DNA from: Candidatus Thorarchaeota archaeon
Lineage (GTDB): Archaea > Asgardarchaeota > Thorarchaeia > Thorarchaeales > Thorarchaeaceae
Reading direction: 5' to 3'
NCBI GenBank assembly: GCA_019057475.1
Contig: DXJO01000010.1
Span: 407,623-471,622, forward strand
DNA: 64,000 bases
Part shown: one piece after another, positions 1 to 9,624 of the stretch
Layout: each line of letters starts with the position of its first letter
Numbering within the stretch: position 1 is the first letter of the stretch
Position numbers and translations under genes: made by a program
The notes under the pieces: generated by a model
The model's database searches: none
Seen by the model: the letters and a program-made list of their open reading frames with translations, nothing else
What the model was told of the DNA's origin: nothing

Positions 1-385
1 CATCAGGGCTTACAACTGACTGTAGGGTCTTGGGCAGAATGTAACCACGAACTCCCTTCACAGGCTTGGGGAACAAGCCCCCCAGTGATGCCATCGAACC
101 AGCTTCAAAGAGGTATGTATGGGACTGCTCTTCCACTACAATCTCATCTCCTCTTCTTGTCTGCGCTAGGAGAGCGATGACATTGCCCTGTGTTCCTGAA
201 GTGACCAGCAGCGAAGACTCCTTTCCTAGAATCCGCGCAGCCTTATCTTCGAGCTCGTGGACGACCTCATCCTCGCCGATGACATCATCGCCGAACCTAC
301 CTTCCCTATGTGCAGACACAATCGCTTCGATCATCTCGTCCGTCGGAAGAGTCACAGTGTCACTTCGAAGGTCGATAGTCTTCAT
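1..385 (-). CDS. ltaE: Low-specificity L-threonine aldolase (3' end outside the window)
   Basis: Not in the ORF track. Manual translation from ATG at 385 gives MKTIDLRSDTVTLPT...GDDVIGED..VHELE...LLVTSGTQGN...SHTYLFEAG, with the DLRSDT, GDD and SGTxGN motifs of the family. Confidence 0.9.
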   Translation of the reverse strand, partial: MKTIDLRSDTVTLPTDEMIEAIVSAHREGRFGDDVIGEDEVVHELEDKAARILGKESSLLVTSGTQGNVIALLAQTRRGDEIVVEEQSHTYLFEAGSMASLGGLFPKPVKGVRGYILPKTLQSVVSPD

Positions 386-560
386 GATTGCCGTTGGAAC
401 TAATTTCTCGGTTTAGTCTTTCGGTGCACTGACCCATGAATGGTAAAATCTCCTGCAAGGGCTGTCTAGATTGGAGTCGCTATGTGCTATATCAGGAACG
501 CATAAAGGCGATACCGATTGTTGGTCCCTCCACACACTTCTGAAATTAGGGGATAATCCG

Positions 561-1847
561 GTGACAGAGAATGAAGAGCTTGGATACATAGGCAAGGTGC
601 GGCTCTTCAATGCAGATGCCAGGCTCTTCATCGCATTCAATGCAACGCGTGCATTCTCTTGGAGCATGGGCGGAGTCATCTTCAATCTCTACATGATTGA
701 GGCTGGCTTTGAAGCCGACTTTCTCGGTGTATTCCTGGCTGTCGCGATGTTTGCCACCGCAGGCGTTTCCATCGTTGCAGGATTGTTTACCGACAGGCGA
801 AGCAGGAAGAATATAATACTCGTATCAACTGTGGTTTCGTTTTTCGCCATCGCCCTTCAGTATGTGGTGCTCGATGCGTCTTGGCTTTTAATCTCACAGG
901 CTCTTCTCGGTTTCTCTAGCGCATTCATTATGGTTGCTTGGTCTCCGTACGTGACGGGCTTGTCAACATCTGAGGAGCGCGCCCACCTGTTCGGATTCAG
1001 CAGCGGCATTGCATTGCTTGCCATTCTTGCGGGCAGTGTCTTAGGCGGTTATCTGCCACATCTCCTTATGGAGCTACAGGGTGTTGCTCCCACACTCTTC
1101 TGGGCTTATAGGAAGACCCTCTGGCTTAGCCTCTTACCCCTAGCGGTTTCAACTCTGATTGTCGTGCCAATGACACGCGACCGTCCCGCAGGCATTACTC
1201 GAAGCTTTAGTGTTGGTCACATCAAGAATTCGAGGTTCATCGCAAAGTACGCAGCCACTGTCACAGTTGTTGGGATGGGTGCTGGGATTATTGTCATGTA
1301 CTTCAACCTGTTCTTTTCATGGTGGGGCGCAGACTCTAGTCTCATTGGTATGGTCTTTGGGCTCAACATTCTCATGCTCTCGGCTGGCAACTTCCTAGCG
1401 CCAGCTATGGCTGACCGCATCGGCAAGGTGAAGACCGTTGTAATCACCGAGGCTCTTTCGATACCATTTCTATTGATGCTTTATTGGTCACCTTTCTTCA
1501 GCTTGGCAGTCCTGGCATACATTGCAAGGGGCACGCTCATGAATATGGCTGGACCCATTTCCAGCGCCTTCTTCATGGAAGGGCTTACTAAGGATGAGCG
1601 GTCCACTGCAATGGGTGTTGTCGGAACGGGTGACCGATTCGTTCGAGGCGTGGGTGCCATTATCGGTGGATGGTTTCTTGCAGCTGGGCTGTACAAAGAA
1701 CCCTATTTGTTAGTGTCAGGACTCTACATTCTATCAGTTGTCATGTTCTACTATTTCTTCAAGAACAAGGAACAGGAGATTGAAGCAATCACGAAAGTCA
1801 AAGTCACACTGGCGGAAGAAACCGAAGCCACTTCAGATATCATCTGA
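561..1847 (+). CDS. MFS transporter
   Basis: About 12 hydrophobic segments with GLFTDRRSRK and MADRIGKVK motif-A loops. The track ORF starts at 471; GTG at 561 is the more plausible start. Confidence 0.85.
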   Translation: MTENEELGYIGKVRLFNADARLFIAFNATRAFSWSMGGVIFNLYMIEAGFEADFLGVFLAVAMFATAGVSIVAGLFTDRRSRKNIILVSTVVSFFAIALQYVVLDASWLLISQALLGFSSAFIMVAWSPYVTGLSTSEERAHLFGFSSGIALLAILAGSVLGGYLPHLLMELQGVAPTLFWAYRKTLWLSLLPLAVSTLIVVPMTRDRPAGITRSFSVGHIKNSRFIAKYAATVTVVGMGAGIIVMYFNLFFSWWGADSSLIGMVFGLNILMLSAGNFLAPAMADRIGKVKTVVITEALSIPFLLMLYWSPFFSLAVLAYIARGTLMNMAGPISSAFFMEGLTKDERSTAMGVVGTGDRFVRGVGAIIGGWFLAAGLYKEPYLLVSGLYILSVVMFYYFFKNKEQEIEAITKVKVTLAEETEATSDII

Positions 1848-2670
1848 AGTACATTTCCAGGGCGCGGCTCATTACGTCCTCGTCAGCTGGGAATACCAGT
1901 GGGATTGCCGTATAAGTTGCAGTGCAGGGATTTCCTCTGGCAACATGGAACACAGCTTTTGGTCGGCCATTCTCACCTGGGTGATCTATCTCCACTACGT
2001 AACTCGTCACTGTAGACATTTGCCCCTCGCCAGAGCTGTGTTTGCAGATGCTCGACTGACTTGGACCTTCACCGTGGTCCTTTAGAGCGGAAAAAACGCC
2101 TTGAACGCTGGTAACATTTCTGAATAGCTCATAGCCACGGTCAACGCGTAATGTCGAGTTCACAAAGCTGTCAACACCCTTTGAGTTCAAATGCTGACTA
2201 AGAACCTCCTCAGTATCAAGCATGATGTGATGTCCCGCGCGGAGCACTTTCCGTTCGGACCACTCGATTGAGTGGTCATTCCCCGCAATCTCAATGGCAA
2301 GCATACTGTCGTGGTCCGCAAGAATGAGGTTTCCCCACTGGAATTTCCGGCCGCTCTTTAGCTGGTCTACAGTCATTCTGAGACCGTCCTCTGCATCTTT
2401 GGCGAACACAAGTATCTGTTCGGTGAGGATATCATACGTTGGGTCTTCTGTGCCCATGACGTGGCTATTTGCCACTGCAAGACCGTATCGGTTCACGCCA
2501 ATCGAGAGTCCACCAGTCTTGCCTGTAACCATGTCGATTCCTCTCACACCAAATCCATCGACATCGTGAAAAAGCGCATCCTTGTGGGAGGTGGAGTACA
2601 GGTCCCTGTTTTTGAAGAGTAGCGTCTTGTTGAGGTCACGAAGAATTACTGCACCTGCAAAGCTCGCCAT
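1840..2670 (-). CDS. Ntn-hydrolase-fold protein (peptidase C45/choloylglycine hydrolase-like)
   Basis: LLFKNRD, GVNRYGLAVAN, NLILAD, SICKH, TVTS and GNPC motifs. ATG at 2670 is preceded by GAGAGGA (track ORF starts at 2748). Confidence 0.6.
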   Translation of the reverse strand: MASFAGAVILRDLNKTLLFKNRDLYSTSHKDALFHDVDGFGVRGIDMVTGKTGGLSIGVNRYGLAVANSHVMGTEDPTYDILTEQILVFAKDAEDGLRMTVDQLKSGRKFQWGNLILADHDSMLAIEIAGNDHSIEWSERKVLRAGHHIMLDTEEVLSQHLNSKGVDSFVNSTLRVDRGYELFRNVTSVQGVFSALKDHGEGPSQSSICKHSSGEGQMSTVTSYVVEIDHPGENGRPKAVFHVARGNPCTATYTAIPLVFPADEDVMSRALEMYFR

Positions 2671-2791
2671 TGTCCTCTCACACCCAATAGCAACACCGCT
2701 ATCCCGCACACAATATAAGTCATCATTGTACATAGAAGTTAAAGGCATGGCAGGGAGTCATCTAATGCGGTCTGATGGCGCTAGATGGAGC

Positions 2792-3577
2792 GTGAATGCG
2801 ATCGACCCTCGGGCTATCCTGAATGGAATTGACTTGGTTCTGCTTGAGCCGAACATTGTATGTGTGAATCAGACAGAGTCAACAAACGTCTTGGCTAGGG
2901 TCATGGTAGAAGGAGGTCTCGGAGAAGGACTTATCGCAATTGCTGATCTGCAGACCCAGGGACGAGGGAGACATGATAGGACGTGGTATTCCCCCTTGGG
3001 TGGACTCTACTTCTCTATCGTGCTGAAGCCCCGAATCGCAGACGAAACTGCGCCATTGTTGGGGTTCCTTACCGCTTGTGCAATTGCCACAGGGATTCGC
3101 GAAGTTCTTGGTTTGGAGGTTTCTCTGAAGTGGCCCAATGATATCTTGGTTGGTGAACGAAAGCTGGGCGGCATTCTTAGTGAAACCGTTTCGACGAATA
3201 GCAGTCTGTTAGCCGTTATTGGGGTCGGCATCAACCAGAACGTGAAGAGAGAAGACTTGCCAGCTGAGCTACGAGATAATACTACTACGATTCTCAGCGA
3301 AATCGGCAGAGAAACGTCAAGAGAAAATCTCATCTCAGCCATTATCAGCGGAATCGATTTCAGACTCGGCCGAGTGGAGTCCGATTCATCGTTTAGCTCA
3401 ATCCTTGATGAGTGGACTGGTCACAGCAGCACCATCGGCAGGTCAGTACGTGTTCGTGATAGATCTGAAATCATCGAAGGGCTCGCTCTCGGCATTGGAC
3501 CTGATGGATCACTGGAGGTAGAGGACAGCGACGGTCAGCTGAAGAGAATACTTATTGGAGATATCTTCCATCTCTAG
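2792..3577 (+). CDS. birA: Biotin--protein ligase (BirA/BPL, no HTH domain)
   Basis: STN, QTQGRGR, WYSPLGGLYFS, KWPND, KLGGIL and GVGIN motifs. Start is uncertain (ATG 2765, or GTG 2792 after GGAG). Confidence 0.92.
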   Translation: MNAIDPRAILNGIDLVLLEPNIVCVNQTESTNVLARVMVEGGLGEGLIAIADLQTQGRGRHDRTWYSPLGGLYFSIVLKPRIADETAPLLGFLTACAIATGIREVLGLEVSLKWPNDILVGERKLGGILSETVSTNSSLLAVIGVGINQNVKREDLPAELRDNTTTILSEIGRETSRENLISAIISGIDFRLGRVESDSSFSSILDEWTGHSSTIGRSVRVRDRSEIIEGLALGIGPDGSLEVEDSDGQLKRILIGDIFHL

Positions 3578-3671
3578 GTACATACGAAGGAAGGCTTTTC
3601 TCATGTGTCCATATTCATGAAACTGTAGATTTCCTTGTCTTGTCTAATAGTCGAAGATTTGAACGAGCGGA

Positions 3672-4544
3672 GTGGAACTATTCTTGCGAACGACTGTAAT
3701 CAAGATCGATGGCTCAGAACTCGATGAGCTACGTAGCCTGCTACTCAAGGCTCCTTCTACAGCGGAGAAGCGAACGACAAATGAGTACGAGTCTTTCAAA
3801 ATCGGATACAGCGGCGGCTCCATAATCGGCTATGCAAGCGGGAAGGTGGTCATTACTTCCGAACCAGCAGTCCAGCTTGTTCGTGAAGCCCTTCAGAAGA
3901 TGGTTTTCAAGGATGCGGACTATGATCTTATTATAGGATCTGACGAAGCTGGGAAGGGAGAATGGTTGGGTCCTATGGTCATTGCGGCAGTCGCGTTAAC
4001 TCCGACCCAATCGAGTGACTTGAGAGCACAGGGGGTCATGGATAGCAAAGACCTGTCATTAGATCGAATATCTGAGCTTGCCCCCGTGATAGTCAAGCTC
4101 AGCACAGCTCTGAAGACGGTGACTCTCCCACCAGATGCATTTAACGCGCTTCTGAAGGAGTTTCATGATGAAGGGAAGAATCTGAATGACCTCTTGGCTT
4201 GGGCTCATGCGAAGGCAATCTCACAGGTGGTCTCCGAGTTAGACTTGCGAAGTGGTACCCAACAGGTCCGGATTGTGGTTGACGAGTTTGCACGTTCCAA
4301 GACAGAGGAGCGCCTTGCCAGAGTGATAGACCTCGATTCTGTTGACCTTATTCAGAGACCTCACGCGGAAGATGAGATAGCCGTTGCGGCATCCAGCATA
4401 GTTGCTAGGAATGCACGCGAGGATTGGATTGATGAGGCTTCGGTCAGGTTGGAACTGAATCTGCGTACGTTGAGCATGAAGGAGGCGGCTAACAGGGATG
4501 ATAGCAACCTCTACGCAAAGACCAGCTATCTTCGCAGGGATTAG
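3672..4544 (+). CDS. rnhC: Ribonuclease HIII-like (TBP-like N-terminal domain + RNase H2 catalytic domain)
   Basis: IGSDEAGKGEWLGP, GVMDSK, VVDEF and VAASSIVAR motifs, plus an ~80-aa N-terminal extension containing YASGKVVI. Confidence 0.75.
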   Translation: MELFLRTTVIKIDGSELDELRSLLLKAPSTAEKRTTNEYESFKIGYSGGSIIGYASGKVVITSEPAVQLVREALQKMVFKDADYDLIIGSDEAGKGEWLGPMVIAAVALTPTQSSDLRAQGVMDSKDLSLDRISELAPVIVKLSTALKTVTLPPDAFNALLKEFHDEGKNLNDLLAWAHAKAISQVVSELDLRSGTQQVRIVVDEFARSKTEERLARVIDLDSVDLIQRPHAEDEIAVAASSIVARNAREDWIDEASVRLELNLRTLSMKEAANRDDSNLYAKTSYLRRD

Positions 4545-4573
4545 TTGTCATCCATTCCTAACTGGATTGTTTT

Positions 4574-6526
4574 GTGATTGCTAACACAACAAGGCTTAAG
4601 GTCTGGGAACCCCCTTGTAGAGTTGCTCTGGGATTGAGGCGACGGTTGACACTGCGTGTGTTTGGTTGGGATGCGAGGAAGTTTTCTAGTCTAGTTTTGA
4701 TAGCCGCGATTCTTGCTCTTGCATTATTTCCTACATCCATTAGGTCCCAGTCCCTCCCTGAGCTTGGGTTGAAGAATGGTCCCTTTGTTGACAAGATACA
4801 GTTCAAAGTAATACCGGGGGACGACCAGCAGGTTCTTGCACTGCTGAACGATGAGATTGATCTCATTGGCAGCATGATTCATCCTAGCTTCCTCTCCCAG
4901 TTGAATATGTCTGAAAGTGTCAATGTTGTTAATCACCTCCGAAATGGATATGGCTACATCGTGATCAACTGCGCAAAGTATCCTTTCAATATCACCGCCT
5001 TTAGAAGGGCCGCCGCTTTTGCTCTCGACAAGTATGCAATTTCTGAAGATATCTGGGAGGGTTTCTCACAGCCTCAGGATTCGTGCGTGCCTTCGGTGAA
5101 CCCCTTCTCTATCGAGGGTCAATTATCCTACTCCTACTACGATGCCAATATCGAGCTTGGTAATCAATTGCTTGATGATGCCGGATTCCTTGATGTGGAC
5201 GCGGATGGATTCAGAGATGCCCCTGACGGTTCAAACCTCGACGTTCTCCTACAAGTAGGGCGCGCTTCGAATATCGGGATCGAGGTCGGGGAGAAGATGG
5301 CTGAGGGACTGCGAGCCCTCAATATCAGTGCTGTTTCAGAGCCAATTGACTTTCCCGTATATGGAAGCTGGGACTTCGACATGATCTTCCTCGGCATGAG
5401 ATTCAACAGCTTCGATGTTGATTGGCTCGCATACGAGTTCTGGGGAGGGCACGCAGGTGAGCCCTGGCAGAACTTCGGGAGCTGGAGGAATGCAAGTTAT
5501 GATGGGTGGCGTGACCAGCTCATCAATTCCACTTCCTACGAGGACGTCTATGAGGCTGCGATTGAGATGCAAAGAGTGTGGGTCTATGAGTGCCCGTGGG
5601 TTATCTGCTACGAGAACTTCCACATCTCAGCCTACCGGACAGACAGGTTCGAGGGTCACGTCAACGATTGGACGGATGGAATCCCCGGCACTTGGACGAA
5701 CAAGAAAGTCCATCTAAAGGCTGATCAGGGTGGTCCGTTCGGCGGAACCCTCCGTTGGAGCAACTCGCTCGACCTCGACACATTCAACATGATGGGTGCT
5801 AGCTCAGCTTACACCCTCCGGGTGTTGATCGAGCTCTATGACAGCTTGATGACCCTTGATTCCACTGGCTTGGATATGATGTGGCTGGCTGAGTCATACC
5901 TTGCTGAAACGCATGCTGACAATGCAGCAATCCCTGCAGGACATACCCGGTTCACCTTCCAATTGCTCCAGAATGCCACTTGGACCGATGGTACTTCATT
6001 GACGGCTGAGGATGTCGCGTTCTCACTGAACTTCCTAAGAGACGCACCTGCAAACAAATATCGGCTAGACCTGCTAGAGATGAGTGCAGCGTATGCTCCA
6101 TCAACCTACACAGTCGTTGTGGAGTTCAGCACTGAATCCTACTGGCACTTACATGGCATCGCATTCAAACCAATCTTTCCGAAACATATCATGCAGGAGA
6201 TTGTGATTGAGGACTGGGCATACTGGAGCCCCAATCCTCCAGTTGAGGAGATGGTGACCTCTGGTCCATTCAACGTATCCGAGTATGTCGCAGGTGAGTT
6301 CGTTGAGCTGACGTACAACCCGAATTACTTCTTCGGACCAAACCGAAGTGCAGGAATCGAGTCAACTCCAACAGCTCCTACGAGTAACGGTACGCCGTCT
6401 GTTACCTCATTTGGCTGGCCTGACCCATTCGGTGAGATGGACCTCGTTGGACGTGTCGTAACGACTGGGTCATTATTCGTGATAGCTGTTGTCGCCGTTT
6501 TATGGTGGAAAGACACACGAATGTGA
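4574..6526 (+). CDS. ABC transporter family-5 (peptide/nickel) solute-binding protein with C-terminal membrane anchor
   Basis: FRRAAAFALDK, LAESY, TWTDGTSLTAEDVAFS and TSGPF...NPNYF motifs; signal-like N-terminal segment and C-terminal TM. Real start is probably GTG 4658 or later. Confidence 0.88.
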   Translation: MIANTTRLKVWEPPCRVALGLRRRLTLRVFGWDARKFSSLVLIAAILALALFPTSIRSQSLPELGLKNGPFVDKIQFKVIPGDDQQVLALLNDEIDLIGSMIHPSFLSQLNMSESVNVVNHLRNGYGYIVINCAKYPFNITAFRRAAAFALDKYAISEDIWEGFSQPQDSCVPSVNPFSIEGQLSYSYYDANIELGNQLLDDAGFLDVDADGFRDAPDGSNLDVLLQVGRASNIGIEVGEKMAEGLRALNISAVSEPIDFPVYGSWDFDMIFLGMRFNSFDVDWLAYEFWGGHAGEPWQNFGSWRNASYDGWRDQLINSTSYEDVYEAAIEMQRVWVYECPWVICYENFHISAYRTDRFEGHVNDWTDGIPGTWTNKKVHLKADQGGPFGGTLRWSNSLDLDTFNMMGASSAYTLRVLIELYDSLMTLDSTGLDMMWLAESYLAETHADNAAIPAGHTRFTFQLLQNATWTDGTSLTAEDVAFSLNFLRDAPANKYRLDLLEMSAAYAPSTYTVVVEFSTESYWHLHGIAFKPIFPKHIMQEIVIEDWAYWSPNPPVEEMVTSGPFNVSEYVAGEFVELTYNPNYFFGPNRSAGIESTPTAPTSNGTPSVTSFGWPDPFGEMDLVGRVVTTGSLFVIAVVAVLWWKDTRM

Positions 6527-6623
6527 CGTTGATTCTCTGCTATTCCATTATGTACTCAAAAGCACAAGAAGGCTTTTGTGAAAGTTTTGACTTAGCAAAC
6601 CCGCGTGCAGGCCGGAACGAGTC

Positions 6624-8492
6624 ATGAAAACAACGAGTCCTCATCCAAAAGGAAGAACGCTCGCTGCACTTTCTTTGATACTCGCACTCGTGTCCATGAG
6701 CGCTATTCCATGGCCTATAGTTGCCATCTGGGATGCTCCCGGTCATGCCAACAGCGGACCTTATCTCGACAAGCTCCAGGCCCAGATAATAACCCAGGAT
6801 GATCTACAGACTCTTGCCTTGCTATCCAACGAGATTGATTTGATTGGCAATTCGGTGCATCCGGATTTCTTCAATGCTCTGTCTGAGGCAACAGACATCG
6901 AGATAGTTCAGACTCCTCGCAATGGCTACGGCTACCTTACAATTAACACACTCAAGAATCCATTCAACTACACTTCATTTCGGAGAGCTCTCGCGTTTGC
7001 CATAGATAAGGAGGCAATCTCTGAAGAGGTCTGGAATGGTTTTTCAGAGCTACAGGACTCCATTGTGCCGAAGGCTAACCCGTATTCGGTTGAAGGGCAG
7101 CTGCCTTACAGCTACTACGAAGCCAGTGTCGAGCTTGGAAACCAGCTGCTAAATGAATCCAGCTTCAGCATTGACAATGAAACAGGTTTCAGGAGCGATC
7201 CGCACGGCAATCCCTTTCAAGTACATGTCGAGGTTCTCGCTTCATCCGCGGTGGCCATCGAAACTTGCCAGATGGTGATTGAGGCATTTGATGGGCTTCA
7301 TATCGATGCCGTTCTTTGGCTTCCGACCTTCTATAGCTATCTCGGTCGCCTCCACTCCCATGGGGACTACGACATCGCTTTCCTCCCGAGATCGTTCAGT
7401 AGCTGGAATGTCAACTGGCTCGCCTACAACTTTCACTCATACTTCGCGAATGTGCCAGGCTTCAATTATCCCAACTTCAGCAACGAAAGCCTCGATATTT
7501 GGATAGACCATCTCCTTCATTCTGTAGATTACAATGAGGTATACGAAGCAGCAATCGAAATTCAGAAGATTCTGGCATACGAGTGTCCGGAGATAGTCCT
7601 GTATGAGAATGTGCTTCTGTCCGCCTACAGAACTGATAGATTTGAAGGGTTCGTCAACGACGCCAGTACTGGTATCCCCTGTTGGTGGACATACCAAAGG
7701 GCACACTTGAAAGCAGTAGAGGGCGGTCCGTTCGGAGGGACCCTTCGCACAAGCATGCCTCTTGATATTCAAGGGTTTAACTTCATGACAGCCATTGCAG
7801 ATTATCCTCTGAATGGGATGCTCTACATGATGTATGATAGTCTCCTTAAACAGAATTCTGATGGCTTTGACATACCGTGGCTGGCAGAGTCATACGAGGT
7901 GACAACACATTCCGATGACTCGACAGTTCCTGAGGGCCATACCAGAGTCGTCTTTGATATTCGGAGAAATGCAACTTGGAGTGATGGTCTTCCAATCACT
8001 GCGGATGACGTTTCATTCAGTATCAATTACTACCGGGACATGCCCGGCAGTCCTTACCGTCCAAGTTTATGGAACATGTCACAAGCAATTGCGCTCACGG
8101 ACTACCGTGTTCGATTCGAGTTCAACACCGAGTCACTCTGGCATCTGCATTCGATTGCGTACAAGCCCATCATTCCGAAGCATATCTTTATCGAAATCGG
8201 TTTAGAGGGGTGGGACGAATGGAACCCAATACCTCCAGGGGACTCCATTGTTACATCAGGTCCTTTCCTGATCTCAGGTTACATCCCTGGAGATATCTTG
8301 GAGTTCAAACCCAACCCTAACTACTTCTTCAACGTTTCTGGACTATCTGATGGAACCCCCACGCCAACAGAACGCAGCGCTCCCTACGTCCGTCCTGTTG
8401 GTTTGACTGCGCTCAGTGTGGGAATCGTAGCTGCCGTGGTCGTAGTAATCGTAGGAATCTATTCCCTCCACAGGCGCCAGTACTCCCACTAG
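6624..8492 (+). CDS. ABC transporter family-5 solute-binding protein (tandem paralog)
   Basis: Colinear with the upstream paralog (FRRALAFAIDK, GGPFGGTLR, WSDGLPITADDV, TSGPF); signal peptide and C-terminal TM followed by HRR. Confidence 0.88.
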   Translation: MKTTSPHPKGRTLAALSLILALVSMSAIPWPIVAIWDAPGHANSGPYLDKLQAQIITQDDLQTLALLSNEIDLIGNSVHPDFFNALSEATDIEIVQTPRNGYGYLTINTLKNPFNYTSFRRALAFAIDKEAISEEVWNGFSELQDSIVPKANPYSVEGQLPYSYYEASVELGNQLLNESSFSIDNETGFRSDPHGNPFQVHVEVLASSAVAIETCQMVIEAFDGLHIDAVLWLPTFYSYLGRLHSHGDYDIAFLPRSFSSWNVNWLAYNFHSYFANVPGFNYPNFSNESLDIWIDHLLHSVDYNEVYEAAIEIQKILAYECPEIVLYENVLLSAYRTDRFEGFVNDASTGIPCWWTYQRAHLKAVEGGPFGGTLRTSMPLDIQGFNFMTAIADYPLNGMLYMMYDSLLKQNSDGFDIPWLAESYEVTTHSDDSTVPEGHTRVVFDIRRNATWSDGLPITADDVSFSINYYRDMPGSPYRPSLWNMSQAIALTDYRVRFEFNTESLWHLHSIAYKPIIPKHIFIEIGLEGWDEWNPIPPGDSIVTSGPFLISGYIPGDILEFKPNPNYFFNVSGLSDGTPTPTERSAPYVRPVGLTALSVGIVAAVVVVIVGIYSLHRRQYSH

Positions 8493-8511
8493 ATGCAGAG
8501 CTGATTGCTAC

Positions 8512-9429
8512 TCATCCGATATTTAGAGTTCCGCAACTCGGGCAGAGGAATTCCTCACCAGAGGCAAGAAGCCTCTGCAGAGGAGTGCCACAGTGTTGGC
8601 ATCGCGCTATATGAGTGCCATTCGACTTCAGCTTTCGCGCCACCTCCGCGGCATCAGCGGACACGAACTCGTCTGTTGATGGGTTGAACCTGCCGGAAAC
8701 TTCGCCGGCGCCAACAAGGTCAAAGACCAGTTCGCGTGTATCCCCTTCAGAGATCTCTGAATACTTCGTGAGGTTGGCCATGTTGATTCTTGGTACGGAC
8801 CTCAGAACACCAAGGACTCTCATTCTGACCCCTCCATTCACCACCGGGGCTGTGAATTGCGGTGCAGCAGCAACTGGAGCTTCGGACTTCTCAATCCAAG
8901 TAATCTTCTTCGCGAGTCTGCCTAATGCACCTCTTTTGTGGCCGGCATATCTTCGTTCGGCTTTGAGCCTTGTTCGAGAGCTCACCTCGAGGTCTCGGAG
9001 TACACCACACGAGTACAGCGGCGTAACGTCAATCTCCGGCAGAGGGTTGTTAGTGAGTACAATCTTGCTTAGTGCAATGTGGTTTGCCAGAGGCGCCAGG
9101 TTCAACTGTGTGAGGCGGTTGCTGCTCAAGTCAAGCCTCACTAATCCTGGACATTTCTCTAGTGGTGAGAGGTCGATCTCCTGCAAATGGTTTCTATGAA
9201 GTACAAGCTCTCTCAGTGTGTGGCATGTTCCTAGGGGTGTCAGGTCCAGAGTCTGTAGTTCATTTGAGTATAGCTTGAGCTTCCTCAGCCGGGTGAACTG
9301 CAAAATGGGTGAGAGGTCTATGTGTACTATATTCTTGCTGGAGAAATCAAGGTTGGTACTACTGCTTCCGACACGAATTCGTTTCTCTCTTCCCTTTTTG
9401 TTTCTATAGGTGAAAGTCATCGTGGCCAC
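8512..9429 (-). CDS. Leucine-rich-repeat protein with C-terminal winged-helix (PCI-like) domain and zinc ribbon
   Basis: About five 22-aa repeats LxxLxLxxNxLxxLDLxPL, a helical segment ending GEVSGRFNP, and CQHC...CPSC. Confidence 0.75.
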   Translation of the reverse strand: MATMTFTYRNKKGREKRIRVGSSSTNLDFSSKNIVHIDLSPILQFTRLRKLKLYSNELQTLDLTPLGTCHTLRELVLHRNHLQEIDLSPLEKCPGLVRLDLSSNRLTQLNLAPLANHIALSKIVLTNNPLPEIDVTPLYSCGVLRDLEVSSRTRLKAERRYAGHKRGALGRLAKKITWIEKSEAPVAAAPQFTAPVVNGGVRMRVLGVLRSVPRINMANLTKYSEISEGDTRELVFDLVGAGEVSGRFNPSTDEFVSADAAEVARKLKSNGTHIARCQHCGTPLQRLLASGEEFLCPSCGTLNIG

Positions 9430-9624
9430 TGGTTATCGCCTCTACTTGCTATGAACATCGAAAATCCCTCTATACCTTTTACTGTGATGAATTGTCAAGC
9501 GCATCCCCCCAAGAAGATGCCATTCTTCCACAGAGCGCGCATTATCACAGCTTTTTCTCTACGGCAGAAGATTCAAATTCCCTGAAACTGGCATCGTGAG
9601 ACTCAAGCAGTGGAGCGCCTAACG

